A stretch of 64,000 nt of DNA from an uncultured virus (IMG/VR IMGVR_UViG_3300030372_002239). Taxonomy: Duplodnaviria; Heunggongvirae; Uroviricota; Caudoviricetes. Location of the stretch: the IMG/VR virus record IMGVR_UViG_3300030372_002239, positions 1 through 64,000 of that record; one strand, written 5' to 3'. Below, piece after piece: positions 28,585-39,441 of this stretch. Position 1 is the stretch's first letter. Each line of letters begins with the position of its first letter. Made by a program: the position numbers and the translations under genes. The notes under the pieces were generated by a model, which was not told where the DNA came from, made no database searches, and saw only the letters and a list, made by a program, of their open reading frames with translations.

Positions 28585-30334
28585 TTATGTACAAACATCG
28601 TTTTCTGGCGGCATGAATATGTCGGTAGATGATACTCGTCTTACAGAAGACGAGTACAAGTTTGCTCACAATGTTCGCAACAGATTCGGCGTTCTTGAAG
28701 GAGTTAAACAAGCTGTTGATATATCTAGTGACATAGGCGCATTTACGAGTAATCCACCAACACAGGCAATATACACACTTGGTGAATTTGTGTTTTTGTT
28801 TTTTGATGGTGGCTGTAAATACAGAAAGCCAAACAATCCAGATTCAACTTGGACAGTTCTTTATTCTTCTGGAACAATGCATCGTTACAACGAAATCTTT
28901 GTTCAAGCTATTCCAGCGTCCACAAAAAACTTTCTTCGCAAGTCATCAACTACAGCATTAGGAAACTCCGCAGTTGATGGATCAGCGATCACACTAGACA
29001 CAACGCAAACAGTACAGAAAACTGTTGCATCAATTGTAGTTCAAGATGGAGTAAACACACCAAAAATAATCGAAGTGTCTGGCGGCGTTGCTACTGACAG
29101 AACAGCAAAAACATTTTCTCAATGGAAAAATTCCACTTACACATCCCGAGAGTATGTTCCAGTAGGTCGTCAAATGGCTTTCTTTAACAATAAACTTTTT
29201 GTTGTTAGTCCTGACGGTACAGAAATTTACCATAGCGTTAGTGGTCGTCCTTTGGATTTTGTCATTCCGGTAAATACATCGGGACAAAAAATAAATACAG
29301 ACGAAACCATTGGAGGCGCACCAGCCACATCATACACAGTAGGCTATAATGTAATTACAGCACTCAAGCCTTTGAACAATGAGTCTTTGTTTGTGTCTAC
29401 TGAAGGCGGTTCTTATGCGGTAAGTTTTGACTATCAGTTTACTGTTTTTGGTGAGCCATCATTTAACAAGCAATTTTTATTTACAGCCAATTCAATAAAT
29501 CAAAAATCATTTATTGAGTTACTTGGCGATTTTGCATTCATTGATCCAGAAGGTTTACGTTCGTTTAATGCTGTAAGACAATCAAAGAATGAAGCGCGTA
29601 ATTCAGTATTTTCGCTCAAAGTCGCACGACTATTTAAAGACGTTGTTCAAGTCTCCAACAAATGCGCCGCAATCACATTTGATGATTATGCGCTCTTTGC
29701 TTGCAACACTATTTACGGTCACGGTATTTTGGTTTATGACATTCTTACGCAACAGTTTGTAAGTTTTGATCAGTTTACCGATGCGGCAGGAAACATCGGG
29801 CCGATCATGGAGTTTGCAAAAGTAGAGACAAACAACAAACGAGAACTTTTTGCTATTACACATGGCACAACTACTTCAAGTGGTGAACCTGTATACAAAT
29901 GCGTTAAACTTTATGAGGGTACTGGATATGAAACAGCCTACGTTGAAACCCGCGCATTTTGTACCAACGACACTCGCATTGAGCAAAAGCCACAAGAGTT
30001 ACGCATACTATTTAACAAGGTACAATCGGCCTCGTCAGTTAAAGCAATTCAACGTGTAAACGACGAAGTTACACCAGACGCATCAGCAGGAACTCAGACA
30101 AAAACTTTAGCAGCTCCGGCAATAAACATTGATTATCCTGTCACATTTCCGGTTGTTTGGAGTGGGCCAAAGCAAATACAAAACTTACTTTACAATTTTC
30201 AAAGTGGTCAGCAGGGTTGGAAAATATCTTATGCCCTGACATGGACTAACGGAATCACGTTATCGAATTTACAGTTAGAAACACAAAACATTACACCAAT
30301 GAACCCAATGTTATCACAGGCTTATGTCAGTTAA
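28577..30334 (+). CDS. Tail tubular protein B / nozzle-like protein
   Basis: N-terminal QTSFSGGM...NVR; beta-rich; 585 aa. Confidence 0.65.
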   Translation: MASYVQTSFSGGMNMSVDDTRLTEDEYKFAHNVRNRFGVLEGVKQAVDISSDIGAFTSNPPTQAIYTLGEFVFLFFDGGCKYRKPNNPDSTWTVLYSSGTMHRYNEIFVQAIPASTKNFLRKSSTTALGNSAVDGSAITLDTTQTVQKTVASIVVQDGVNTPKIIEVSGGVATDRTAKTFSQWKNSTYTSREYVPVGRQMAFFNNKLFVVSPDGTEIYHSVSGRPLDFVIPVNTSGQKINTDETIGGAPATSYTVGYNVITALKPLNNESLFVSTEGGSYAVSFDYQFTVFGEPSFNKQFLFTANSINQKSFIELLGDFAFIDPEGLRSFNAVRQSKNEARNSVFSLKVARLFKDVVQVSNKCAAITFDDYALFACNTIYGHGILVYDILTQQFVSFDQFTDAAGNIGPIMEFAKVETNNKRELFAITHGTTTSSGEPVYKCVKLYEGTGYETAYVETRAFCTNDTRIEQKPQELRILFNKVQSASSVKAIQRVNDEVTPDASAGTQTKTLAAPAINIDYPVTFPVVWSGPKQIQNLLYNFQSGQQGWKISYALTWTNGITLSNLQLETQNITPMNPMLSQAYVS

Positions 30335-30647
30335 CGTATCACACAATAACTTTACAGACGCAACAACTCTGTTCACAAATTTAGCAGCGGCTAACGCAAT
30401 GCTAGATAATCTAACAGTACCGGACGCAACTACCAGTACAGACGGAGTAGTCAAAAAAGCAGCGGCTTCAGCAGATATTGCGACTGTTGGAGGCTCATCA
30501 GTAGGAGCAACTGCAACTACTGGAGTTTCATTTAGTGTTTCTGGTACAAATCCATCAGAAGCCGAAGTCAAAGCAGCTTTAATAGAAATTGCATCACAAA
30601 TCAATCACCTCAAAAGCGTCTTACGCAGCGCAGGAATACTAACATGA
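30324..30647 (+). CDS. Short fibre-like virion protein
   Basis: PDATTSTDGVVKKAA and C-terminal helix ending LRSAGILT. Confidence 0.55.
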   Translation: MSVNVSHNNFTDATTLFTNLAAANAMLDNLTVPDATTSTDGVVKKAAASADIATVGGSSVGATATTGVSFSVSGTNPSEAEVKAALIEIASQINHLKSVLRSAGILT

Positions 30648-31738
30648 AGAATCTATTTGAAAAATTACTCGATGTAACTGGTGGTGCGGCGTCAGGATTA
30701 TTATCTGGTTTCGGTACCTTAACAGATAAGGCATTAAATTTATTCAGCGAAGATGGTGTTCTCAGCATGAACAACCTAGTTGAAGCTGGAACTTTATTTG
30801 CAATTGCAGAAGCATTAGCATCAGACGACCAAAAAGACGCAGTAAAAGCATTAAGAAAACAATATCAAGAATTTTTACCAGCGTTTACACAGGCAAAAAT
30901 TAATGCAGGAAAAACTGAAGCACTCGCATTAGAGGACATAGATCAGCTAGTAAAGTACGGCATAGTTAATCAAAGAAACGCCGACGGCCAATTAATTAAA
31001 CAGACTGCTGGCCCACTAGGAGGATCAGAGTCACTAAAGTATGAACAATACTATGGAGTCAAGCCGCAGTATAAAGTTGATGAAAATACCGGCAACATCA
31101 TGCTGGATGAAGGCGGCAATCCTATAACTGTTCGCACAGGACAACCCGGCCTCGTTGAAATCGCAGGACAATCACAACGTGAACAGCAGCGTCTTGGTGA
31201 TTTAGGCAGAACAGCAACGAGAGTAGATCAGTTGGCGCAGTCAGGTCAGCCATTAGCGCAAGGACTTCGTCGCATGGAGCAAACGCTTTCACCGGAAGTC
31301 CAGCGAACTCAGAAGCAAGTCGGAGAAAGTTTTCGTGGACTACTTGCAGCACAAGACCCATCTAGGTTGTCTGGTGCAGAGGAAGCACAAGTAGAACGCG
31401 GCCTTGGTAGAATGGGACTCGGCATTGGTCGTACATCTGAGATGGACAAGTACCGCGCTGCGATGACATTTGGTGATGCGTTAGCCGCGAAGCAACAACG
31501 TCTCGGTCAAGCACTCGGCCAAACAGGCAGCGTTGTTCCTAGTCTGAAATCAAACATAAATCCCGGCGTAGTCTTTGGTGAAGGCACAACAACAATGCCA
31601 ACGATGCCGGGACAAGTTGCTTCGTTTGGCAACACAGCAGCACAAGCACTTGCACCAGTATCTAATATAATCACAAGCAAGCAAGGTGAGCAGGGCGGCA
31701 AAGAAGCATTAAGAAATGCAATTGGCTTAACACCGTAA
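30644..31738 (+). CDS. Putative internal virion (ejection) protein
   Basis: G/A/Q-rich helical ORF after tail tube genes. Confidence 0.55.
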   Translation: MKNLFEKLLDVTGGAASGLLSGFGTLTDKALNLFSEDGVLSMNNLVEAGTLFAIAEALASDDQKDAVKALRKQYQEFLPAFTQAKINAGKTEALALEDIDQLVKYGIVNQRNADGQLIKQTAGPLGGSESLKYEQYYGVKPQYKVDENTGNIMLDEGGNPITVRTGQPGLVEIAGQSQREQQRLGDLGRTATRVDQLAQSGQPLAQGLRRMEQTLSPEVQRTQKQVGESFRGLLAAQDPSRLSGAEEAQVERGLGRMGLGIGRTSEMDKYRAAMTFGDALAAKQQRLGQALGQTGSVVPSLKSNINPGVVFGEGTTTMPTMPGQVASFGNTAAQALAPVSNIITSKQGEQGGKEALRNAIGLTP

Positions 31739-31743
31739 TAGTT

Positions 31744-32643
31744 ATGTCTAATTTATTTGAACTAACAAAGAGGAGACGGCGAGCGCAGGAGTTTGCTGAT
31801 CGGTTTCGCGAAGGTGCAACTGAGTCAGAGCGTGAGTTCTTTGATCGTTACTACCAAGAACCATCAGCTAGTCCGATCCTACAACGAGGCGAATTACAAC
31901 GTCAGTTGGAGGAAGGTGATGCATTGCGCAGATCGTTAATGGCTCGCGGCATGAACGCGATGCAAGCTGAAGACGCAGCAGCACGGGCAGAGCAGCAACG
32001 GATGGATGAAAGAGATAGGCTTGCACAAGACATAGCACTTACTAGAGGCCCGGGTGGAATAAAAGGAGAGGGGCCAGGTAGTTACGCGGAGTACACAACT
32101 CGCGGTACTGATACTGGAGGTGCAGCGGAGTTCTTGCGTTCACAAGGTATGCCTGTTCCAGCCAGACCGGATTCTTTATCGCTAGATGATTTCGCAAAAC
32201 AGCGTGCAGTTGAAATGCAGATGGCGCAGTCACGCGCAAGAGACGCTGCTGCTACACAGGCAGAAGGTACTGTTGACGCATCTATTGAAGCTGCACAACT
32301 TAAAGTTGAAGAAGCTAAAGCTAAACTTCCAGAAGTTGTAGCAAATTCGCAACTGCAAGAAAGAGCCGCACGCAATTTGGATGAGCAGCTTCAGATTTTA
32401 CTTGATCCAACTACGACACCAACTCAACGAGTACAAGCTGAGACAACAATTGACAACGTACTTCGTGCGTTAGGTAAAGGTTCAAGAACAAGTGGTGCAA
32501 TGGGACTTGGGCAAAACCCAGCGGGCTTCGTTGACCCTGCCGTTGAACAAGCTATACAAGGTGCGCCACAGCAAATGCAAGGTGAAGGTGGTACTGGATT
32601 TTATTTACGTCCAACACAAGTTGAATCGCGAGAGTTTAACTAA
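31744..32643 (+). CDS. Putative internal virion (ejection) protein
   Basis: A/Q/E/R-rich helical ORF. Confidence 0.55.
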   Translation: MSNLFELTKRRRRAQEFADRFREGATESEREFFDRYYQEPSASPILQRGELQRQLEEGDALRRSLMARGMNAMQAEDAAARAEQQRMDERDRLAQDIALTRGPGGIKGEGPGSYAEYTTRGTDTGGAAEFLRSQGMPVPARPDSLSLDDFAKQRAVEMQMAQSRARDAAATQAEGTVDASIEAAQLKVEEAKAKLPEVVANSQLQERAARNLDEQLQILLDPTTTPTQRVQAETTIDNVLRALGKGSRTSGAMGLGQNPAGFVDPAVEQAIQGAPQQMQGEGGTGFYLRPTQVESREFN

Positions 32644-35600
32644 TGACGCTAGAAGAAGAAAAGCGTAGACTGCGTCAAAGATACAACATTCCAGATAATG
32701 TTGAAATTCTAACGCAGGAAGAATACGACATTGCAGAAGCAGAAGATCGTTCTGCGCTTCAAGTCGGATTTCAGTCAGCAACAAGATCAGTAGTCCCGGG
32801 CCTTACTGGTCTTGGCGCAATGGCAGCAGCGAGTAAGGCACTTGCAAAAGTACCAGCGCGTAATGTACCTACAGCAATTGCTAAAGGTGTTGGTATGTTA
32901 GGTAGCGCAATCGTTGGTGGTATTGCTGGAGACGCAGCTCAGACAGAAGTAGACGAGGCGATTCGCGGTGAAGAAGCAGTTAGAGAGACAGAGCGTGAAC
33001 TTGCTGCTGGACGCAAAGCACAACCTGTTGCATCAGTCACAGGTGAAATTCTTGGAGGTAGTCTTGGTGGTGGCGTTGCTCCATCACTAAAGACAGCAAA
33101 AGGTTTAGGCGAAGCAGTTAAGTCTGGTTTTGGTACACGTGCTAAACAATCCGAAGCCGCAAAATATGCCGTTGGTCAGGCAGTTGTTGGTGCTGGTATT
33201 GGTGGTGCAGTAGAAGGTGCAAGGCAATTTCAAGAAGGAGACTTTCAGCCAACAGCATTAGGCGCAGCAATGACAGGCGGCGCGTTGTTTACTGAACCAG
33301 TCGGTCTTGGGCGCAAGTTGCTCGGGACAACAGCACCTCCACCATCAGACGCGCCAGAAAGACCAGTTGAATTTGGAATACAAGTAGGCGAGGACTTAAA
33401 GGACATTAAAGATTTGCCAGTACAAGAGGCACTTCTTGCTCGTTCAATTGTTAAAGGTGAAGACGCAGGGATAGGTCGCAGAACTCTTGTTGATGATATG
33501 CTTGAGAAAGTCGCAGATGATATGGAAGCTGCGTCCAAGAAATCCGATCAAGTTAAACAAGATGCTGATGCAATCCGAGAGACTTCCGAGAATCCGAAAA
33601 CATCTATTGAAGGTGAGTTCGAGAAAATCAACAAAGACCCGAAGATTGATAAAGCACTCAGAGAACTTGAGAAGAAGCAAAAGCCATCTAAAGAAGATCA
33701 AGTAAAGATCAGCGAAGAAGGTAAGAAGAAGATCGAGTCTAAAATTTCAGCGATGTCCAACGAGGATGTTGCCCGTGCGTTCGCCAGACTTAATCAGCGT
33801 AAACGTGCTGAAGTATCTACAAGGTTTCTTCAGAATCAAAACAAGTCCATTGAAGATGCTCGCGCTGAGTTGATGGCTGAGATTGAAACCAAGCTGCCAG
33901 CAGACTTATTTAAGACCGCAAGGAACTTGGCCAATCGTCGCAACATCACCATGCGTGTCGCAGTAGACAAGCTAGTTGATAATGCACAAGGACGCGCTCT
34001 TGGATTTCTACATAACAAGAGTAATCGAGTTACAAATCCTGAGATGGTTTTGAGTCTTGATGATATTAATCTTGAGACACCATTACATGAAACTGTTCAT
34101 CGGTTTGTTCGTGATTTGTTTGAGTCATCTAACGAAGTTGACCAGAAACTTGCGCGTGGTTGGTACAAAGAATTACTCAGCAACGATTCATCGTTTGATC
34201 TCAAAAAGATAAAAGAAAAATTTAAGGCAAAAGGCTACAACTTTGATAAGGATGAAGCGTATCTTGATGAGTTTCTCGCTGAAGAAGGTGGCAAAAAACT
34301 TGAGCAGCGTCTTCGTAATTTACCGAAAGGTACGTTCGATAAGATGCGGCGTTGGTATGCTGATGTTCGTCGAGGCCAGAAAGTTAAATACGGCAAAGCA
34401 GCAGTAAATGACATACTAGATTACATTGCGCAAAGACTTGAACTAGACCCTGCTGCTTTATTTGATAACGATCTTTGGCTCAGAGACGGTATTGATTACG
34501 CCGAGTACATCGGAATAAAGAAGCCGAAACAAATTGGTGGACAAGCTGCGACTGCATCAAAAACTGTTGATGGCACGAAGTACGAGTCATCGGTTGAGGT
34601 GTTTGATATGCCTAAAGAAGTTGAAGAACTTCTTGGATTACCGGAGCGACCAAAAGAATTTGCGAAGAACTACGCAGAAGACTTAAACGAGTTCAAGATC
34701 GCACTCGATAAGAATCATTCGTACAACTCAACCGTCGAATATCTTGATGGTTACATGATTGATGAAACCAACTTCGATCAGTTTATGAATGCGGTGCGCA
34801 AGAACAGTCCGCTAAAGAAACTGTACAAGTCACTCGACAATAAGCCTCAGATAATTTTACGCACGCGCAGACCAGAAGATGCTGCCGGTTACTTTGAGAA
34901 TGACAAGATTGTTATTGGTGTTCCGACAATCAACGAAACTTTTGATTCAACTCTCGCTCGTTATCTGACGTATCACAAGTTGCTTGGTGATGTTCGCATG
35001 AACAATCAACTGGCTAGTGCATGGCAGATGGCAGCCAAGTCGGGTATGTGGTTTAAGAACTACGAACCTTATATGGTAGCCAAGTTCATGGACTACGCAT
35101 TGAACACCAACAACAAGTTGGACGATGCGGTCAAAGCCAAGTTGCGTTACTACCAAAACCATCTTGAGTTGGAAGTACCAAGAGGTGATTACAGAACTAA
35201 TATCGGTCGTCATCAACAATACGATACTCGCATCATGCATCAAGGCGATGCGTTGCACGGAATCTTTAAGGCGTTGCCTCTTGATGTTAAGCAGGAGTTT
35301 GCTCGTCGTGTTGCACCTGTTGACGGACTTGGTATGTCCAACGATGAGTACATAGAATTTTTTGACACGCTACTTGATAGTTATGGTATTGCTGGTTCAT
35401 CGGTTCGTAAAAACTTTGATGATATGCAACGGTCGCCTCAAGCGATGTTGGAGAACTTCGTCAATGATGAAGCCTTCAATGTAATTGATCGTAGCAAGAT
35501 GATCTTTGACCGCGTCAAAGATGAAGGATCAGCCATTTACTATCAGTTTGATCGACTAGAAGCATTGTGGGCTGACACGAAAATTTCTGTTGATGATGTT

Positions 35601-38600
35601 CTTGCCGGTGGTATGCGCAGCAAGTTCCTCGAAACTGCCGAGGAAATCGTAGGCACAAAGCTCGATATTCTAACACACAATCCACAACCACCGAGGCCAA
35701 GACAAACAGACTTTGAAGAACTTTGGAGTGTTAGCAAACTAGCGTCAGAGGAAAGTGGTGCTGATCCGATTGGTAAGGTTGATGAGGAAACTCCAATCCC
35801 GATGGATTCAACTCCGAAAGGATTGTCTGGTGTAGATCGTTATGAACAGAAACGCTACAGTAGAATTCCTGCACCAAACTTTGGTGAGCCAAGTACATGG
35901 CAACTGGGTAGAAGATTCACAAGAAACTTTCGTCCTGTTATAGATCGGATTCGTGAACTTGGTGAAGGCAAGTCCAAGGAACTGGCAGGGTACATCGCGT
36001 CAAAATTTGAATCAGTACACGCAGAAGAACGTGAGATGGTTGGTCGCTACCTAGAGCGAACCATGCTTGCGTTAAGCGAAGTGCATTTGTCAGGCGACGA
36101 AATGGCTGCGTTAGGCCGATACCAGACAGAGCGTTGGCACACAAAGCTAGGTTTAATTGACAAGATAGATGATGATCTAGCTAAAGCATACAACAGTAAC
36201 GCACGCATACGTTACTATGATCGTATGATAGAAAGCGTTTATCGCGACACTCGTATATTACAGAATGACCTTGGCTTGAAGGTTGCGGTTTATCGTAACG
36301 GAGAACCACAGTATGTTCCCGGTCAACACACACTTGAATATACTCCTGAGATTATTGCTCAAGACAAACGCCGAATCTTGATGCGAGGCGAGAAGCAAAG
36401 CAAAGAGTATCAAGAATTAAAAAAGCAACTCATTGATTACTGGAAGTCCATATCCAAGGATATGTCTGATGAGGAATTCAATGATGCAGTCAAGCAGTCA
36501 GAGGAAGCAGGAATCAAAGATGAGAGTGACAATGTTTCGCTCCCAAGCGAAAAGGGTAAGACCAACGACGAGAAGCTAGAGATACTTTTTGATAATTTTG
36601 CTGGCGCATTAAGAGCGACTGACAAACAGATAGGTTCACACAAGTTCAAGGCACTCCGTGTTGCAACAGGCAAGCTAGGTATCCCTGCTGCTTGGGTTGA
36701 AGCAAATGCAGTTCAGCGTATGACTCGTTACGTTGTTCGTTTTGCTAAAGACATGGCGATGTTCAAGCACATAGAACTTGATCCGAAAGCCAGACAGATT
36801 CTTGGTATGCCAGATCAAGAAGGTAAGTACATTACAGAGTACGACCTTGATGGCATGGAGAATGGAGGCCCGTTCAATCTGCCAACATACGACAAGGAGA
36901 ACATCAAAGTAAAAAGCGGCAAGGCACTCTACGACTCAAACGAGATCGAGTCAGTTATGGAGAACTACATCGGATACTACGAAGGTTATGATCTAGCCAT
37001 TCGTACATTCAATAGGTTAGTTACATCTAGTTGGTTGGGTGCTGGTGCTGGTATTCGTGATTTCTTTTCATCTTACTTATTTGCTTTGCCTTACATGAGG
37101 TTGCAGGACTTACCAATTCTTGCAACTCACCTGTTGGATATACGAGATGCATGGCGCAAGAGTTTTGAGTATGGAATTAACAAGACCAACTTAAACAATC
37201 TTGAGTATAAGGCTGAGAGTATCAATCGGATTGCTGATTACGCAAACCGAGCCGCCGATACTGCGCTTCGTGTTGGTGGTCGTAACATTCTTGAACAAGG
37301 TACTCGCGCATTACAGTTTGCGTTCGGCAAGCAGATTACTTGGGCCGCGCTTCATATGCGTCCACTCGATGCAATCACAACAGATTGGACTGCAAACAGA
37401 CTGCTAAATAATTTACAGAAGCAGATGGGTGACGTTGTCATCAACGGCAAGAAGCAGAACTTAATGGACTATGTTGGTCGCGGCACTAAAGCACCAGACG
37501 AGTTGATGGACAAAGCCGCTGCTGCATGGGTTGAGATAAATCAAGGAACCTATGATGCAAGAGGGTTGCCGAAGTTTACGCAGCGCGGTGTTCTCAGCAT
37601 GGTGACTTCATTGTCACGTTGGTCTATCGAGAAATCAGACCGCATGGTCAAGGATGTTATCGGCCCATTGAAGACTCAGGGCGATCCGTTACCGTTAGTT
37701 AAAGCAACAATTGGTGCAGTCATTGGAGGCGAAGCATTGAAGTATATCTCGGAGCAGATTGCGAACAAGATGCAAAGCGATCCAAAGATCATAGAAGCAT
37801 TACACATGGAGAATGATAAAGAACTAGCTTATGCTGTTCTTAACTCTATGCAGTACGCAGGTTTCTTTGGGTTTCAGTCTGCGTTGATTTATGACCTAGT
37901 CAAGACTTCGCGATTTGGTGTAATGGATGGTATTCCCGGTGGCTTTACTTTCCCTGCGTTCGATCAAGCATCAAAGATTGTACAAGACTTCTCCAAGTTC
38001 TTTTCGTCAGGCGAAATGACAGGCGAGAACTTCGGAACAGTCTGGACAAAGTTTATCCGCAAAACATTTACTGACTTGAATCAGACAACTCGTTACGCAG
38101 CAAATCATCTGCTTTTGTCTGAAGATATGTCTGAGTTTAATGCACGGGCGAGTCTGCGTAAATGGGAGCGACTGACAACAGATAAAGACACTCAAGCAGT
38201 TCCATCAGATGTCGGCAATGAATACACAAACCCAGCACGAAGGGAATTTAGAAAAGCCAACAACATAGCTGACGCAAGAAAACTTCTACCAGTAGCAGTT
38301 CGTGAAGCAGCGCGTGATGCGATGCAGAAACATCCAGACAATCTTGCTGCGCAACAACTTGCATTTAAGAATAACCTAAATGCACTTTGGACGGGCAACT
38401 GGAGAACGACTCCTGCGTTACCATCTACCAGAGAATATGTAAGGCAGAAGGATCGTATTCAGTACCTTGGAATTGAGCCAAGCAAAGCTGATCTAGCTAG
38501 GTTCCCCGACTTGGCAACAATCAACCGAAGCGAGAAGGGCGCAATGTTATCTCGGAAGTTTGGTTCAAAGATGATGCCCGGTACAATTATTAAGCGGGAA

Positions 38601-38705
38601 CAGGCAGAAGGCTTAATTAAAACTGAGAAAGATTTCGAGAGACTAAAAGAACAAAAGAAAGCACTCATCTATAGATACATTGGATCTAAAGGTAAGTTGT
38701 TGTGA
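32643..38705 (+). CDS. Large internal virion protein (2020 aa) with HExxH motif
   Basis: G/A-rich hydrophobic N-terminus, PLHETVH, last of three ejection-type genes. Confidence 0.7.
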   Translation: MTLEEEKRRLRQRYNIPDNVEILTQEEYDIAEAEDRSALQVGFQSATRSVVPGLTGLGAMAAASKALAKVPARNVPTAIAKGVGMLGSAIVGGIAGDAAQTEVDEAIRGEEAVRETERELAAGRKAQPVASVTGEILGGSLGGGVAPSLKTAKGLGEAVKSGFGTRAKQSEAAKYAVGQAVVGAGIGGAVEGARQFQEGDFQPTALGAAMTGGALFTEPVGLGRKLLGTTAPPPSDAPERPVEFGIQVGEDLKDIKDLPVQEALLARSIVKGEDAGIGRRTLVDDMLEKVADDMEAASKKSDQVKQDADAIRETSENPKTSIEGEFEKINKDPKIDKALRELEKKQKPSKEDQVKISEEGKKKIESKISAMSNEDVARAFARLNQRKRAEVSTRFLQNQNKSIEDARAELMAEIETKLPADLFKTARNLANRRNITMRVAVDKLVDNAQGRALGFLHNKSNRVTNPEMVLSLDDINLETPLHETVHRFVRDLFESSNEVDQKLARGWYKELLSNDSSFDLKKIKEKFKAKGYNFDKDEAYLDEFLAEEGGKKLEQRLRNLPKGTFDKMRRWYADVRRGQKVKYGKAAVNDILDYIAQRLELDPAALFDNDLWLRDGIDYAEYIGIKKPKQIGGQAATASKTVDGTKYESSVEVFDMPKEVEELLGLPERPKEFAKNYAEDLNEFKIALDKNHSYNSTVEYLDGYMIDETNFDQFMNAVRKNSPLKKLYKSLDNKPQIILRTRRPEDAAGYFENDKIVIGVPTINETFDSTLARYLTYHKLLGDVRMNNQLASAWQMAAKSGMWFKNYEPYMVAKFMDYALNTNNKLDDAVKAKLRYYQNHLELEVPRGDYRTNIGRHQQYDTRIMHQGDALHGIFKALPLDVKQEFARRVAPVDGLGMSNDEYIEFFDTLLDSYGIAGSSVRKNFDDMQRSPQAMLENFVNDEAFNVIDRSKMIFDRVKDEGSAIYYQFDRLEALWADTKISVDDVLAGGMRSKFLETAEEIVGTKLDILTHNPQPPRPRQTDFEELWSVSKLASEESGADPIGKVDEETPIPMDSTPKGLSGVDRYEQKRYSRIPAPNFGEPSTWQLGRRFTRNFRPVIDRIRELGEGKSKELAGYIASKFESVHAEEREMVGRYLERTMLALSEVHLSGDEMAALGRYQTERWHTKLGLIDKIDDDLAKAYNSNARIRYYDRMIESVYRDTRILQNDLGLKVAVYRNGEPQYVPGQHTLEYTPEIIAQDKRRILMRGEKQSKEYQELKKQLIDYWKSISKDMSDEEFNDAVKQSEEAGIKDESDNVSLPSEKGKTNDEKLEILFDNFAGALRATDKQIGSHKFKALRVATGKLGIPAAWVEANAVQRMTRYVVRFAKDMAMFKHIELDPKARQILGMPDQEGKYITEYDLDGMENGGPFNLPTYDKENIKVKSGKALYDSNEIESVMENYIGYYEGYDLAIRTFNRLVTSSWLGAGAGIRDFFSSYLFALPYMRLQDLPILATHLLDIRDAWRKSFEYGINKTNLNNLEYKAESINRIADYANRAADTALRVGGRNILEQGTRALQFAFGKQITWAALHMRPLDAITTDWTANRLLNNLQKQMGDVVINGKKQNLMDYVGRGTKAPDELMDKAAAAWVEINQGTYDARGLPKFTQRGVLSMVTSLSRWSIEKSDRMVKDVIGPLKTQGDPLPLVKATIGAVIGGEALKYISEQIANKMQSDPKIIEALHMENDKELAYAVLNSMQYAGFFGFQSALIYDLVKTSRFGVMDGIPGGFTFPAFDQASKIVQDFSKFFSSGEMTGENFGTVWTKFIRKTFTDLNQTTRYAANHLLLSEDMSEFNARASLRKWERLTTDKDTQAVPSDVGNEYTNPARREFRKANNIADARKLLPVAVREAARDAMQKHPDNLAAQQLAFKNNLNALWTGNWRTTPALPSTREYVRQKDRIQYLGIEPSKADLARFPDLATINRSEKGAMLSRKFGSKMMPGTIIKREQAEGLIKTEKDFERLKEQKKALIYRYIGSKGKLL

Positions 38706-39094
38706 AGACTATTGGATCACGGGGAGAACTTATCGTTGCACAAGAGTTGATGCGTCGTGAGTGGAATGTAGCCTTTCCATATGGAGACAATTGTTATTAC
38801 GATTTAATCGCAGAAAAGTTTCAGCACTTCTGTCGCATTCAAGTTAAATGTACTGAAAAAATTTCGTTAACAGTACACCATCACGGGCCTCACTACTCCT
38901 TTAGCTTGAGCCACGGCAGCATAGCTAAAGAGGCTTATACGAAAGAACACATTGATTTTTTTATTTGTTGTGTTATTGATGGCAACCGCTTTTGGATCGT
39001 GCCAGTAGAAGATGTTGCCACAAAGACTCTGAAGATATTTAGAGACGGCAAGAAGTATCACGAATACGAAGGCGCATGGGACTTGCTACGATGA
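38702..39094 (+). CDS. PD-(D/E)XK endonuclease
   Basis: GELIV, YDLI, RIQVK and IDFF motifs. Confidence 0.8.
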   Translation: MKTIGSRGELIVAQELMRREWNVAFPYGDNCYYDLIAEKFQHFCRIQVKCTEKISLTVHHHGPHYSFSLSHGSIAKEAYTKEHIDFFICCVIDGNRFWIVPVEDVATKTLKIFRDGKKYHEYEGAWDLLR

Positions 39095-39159
39095 ATGAAT
39101 TAATAGAAAACCTACATGAAGCATTACAACTCGCAGAGACTAGAGGTCAGCGTAAGATT

Positions 39160-39366
39160 TTACTCCGCGCTATCGAGTTGGCTGAAAGACTCAAGGCTAC
39201 CATCAAAGTCGAATGAGCCTAGTTCTTTATAAGACTTACCCTGCTTCCGCAGGTAAGTTATCTTACCCTCACATCCTGCCATACAATCTTTATCTTTGAT
39301 TAGTTCAACAGCACGTTTGCCGTTTGTATCAAGACGCAAATGAGTTGTTCCTCTTGGCGGTTTCAT
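39160..39366 (-). CDS. Hypothetical protein
   Basis: ATG-started part of ORF 39160..39411. Confidence 0.5.
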   Translation of the reverse strand: MKPPRGTTHLRLDTNGKRAVELIKDKDCMAGCEGKITYLRKQGKSYKELGSFDFDGSLESFSQLDSAE

Positions 39367-39441
39367 AAAACTGGTCGAGCCTTGGAAAACCAAGAAAAAC
39401 AAGACCCGCAAACAGACATCGCTACAAATGTCTGACCCAGT

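Noticed and set aside
34571..34586. TGGCACGAAG core (similar core at 47678)
   Set aside because: No -12 GC at the required spacing; intragenic
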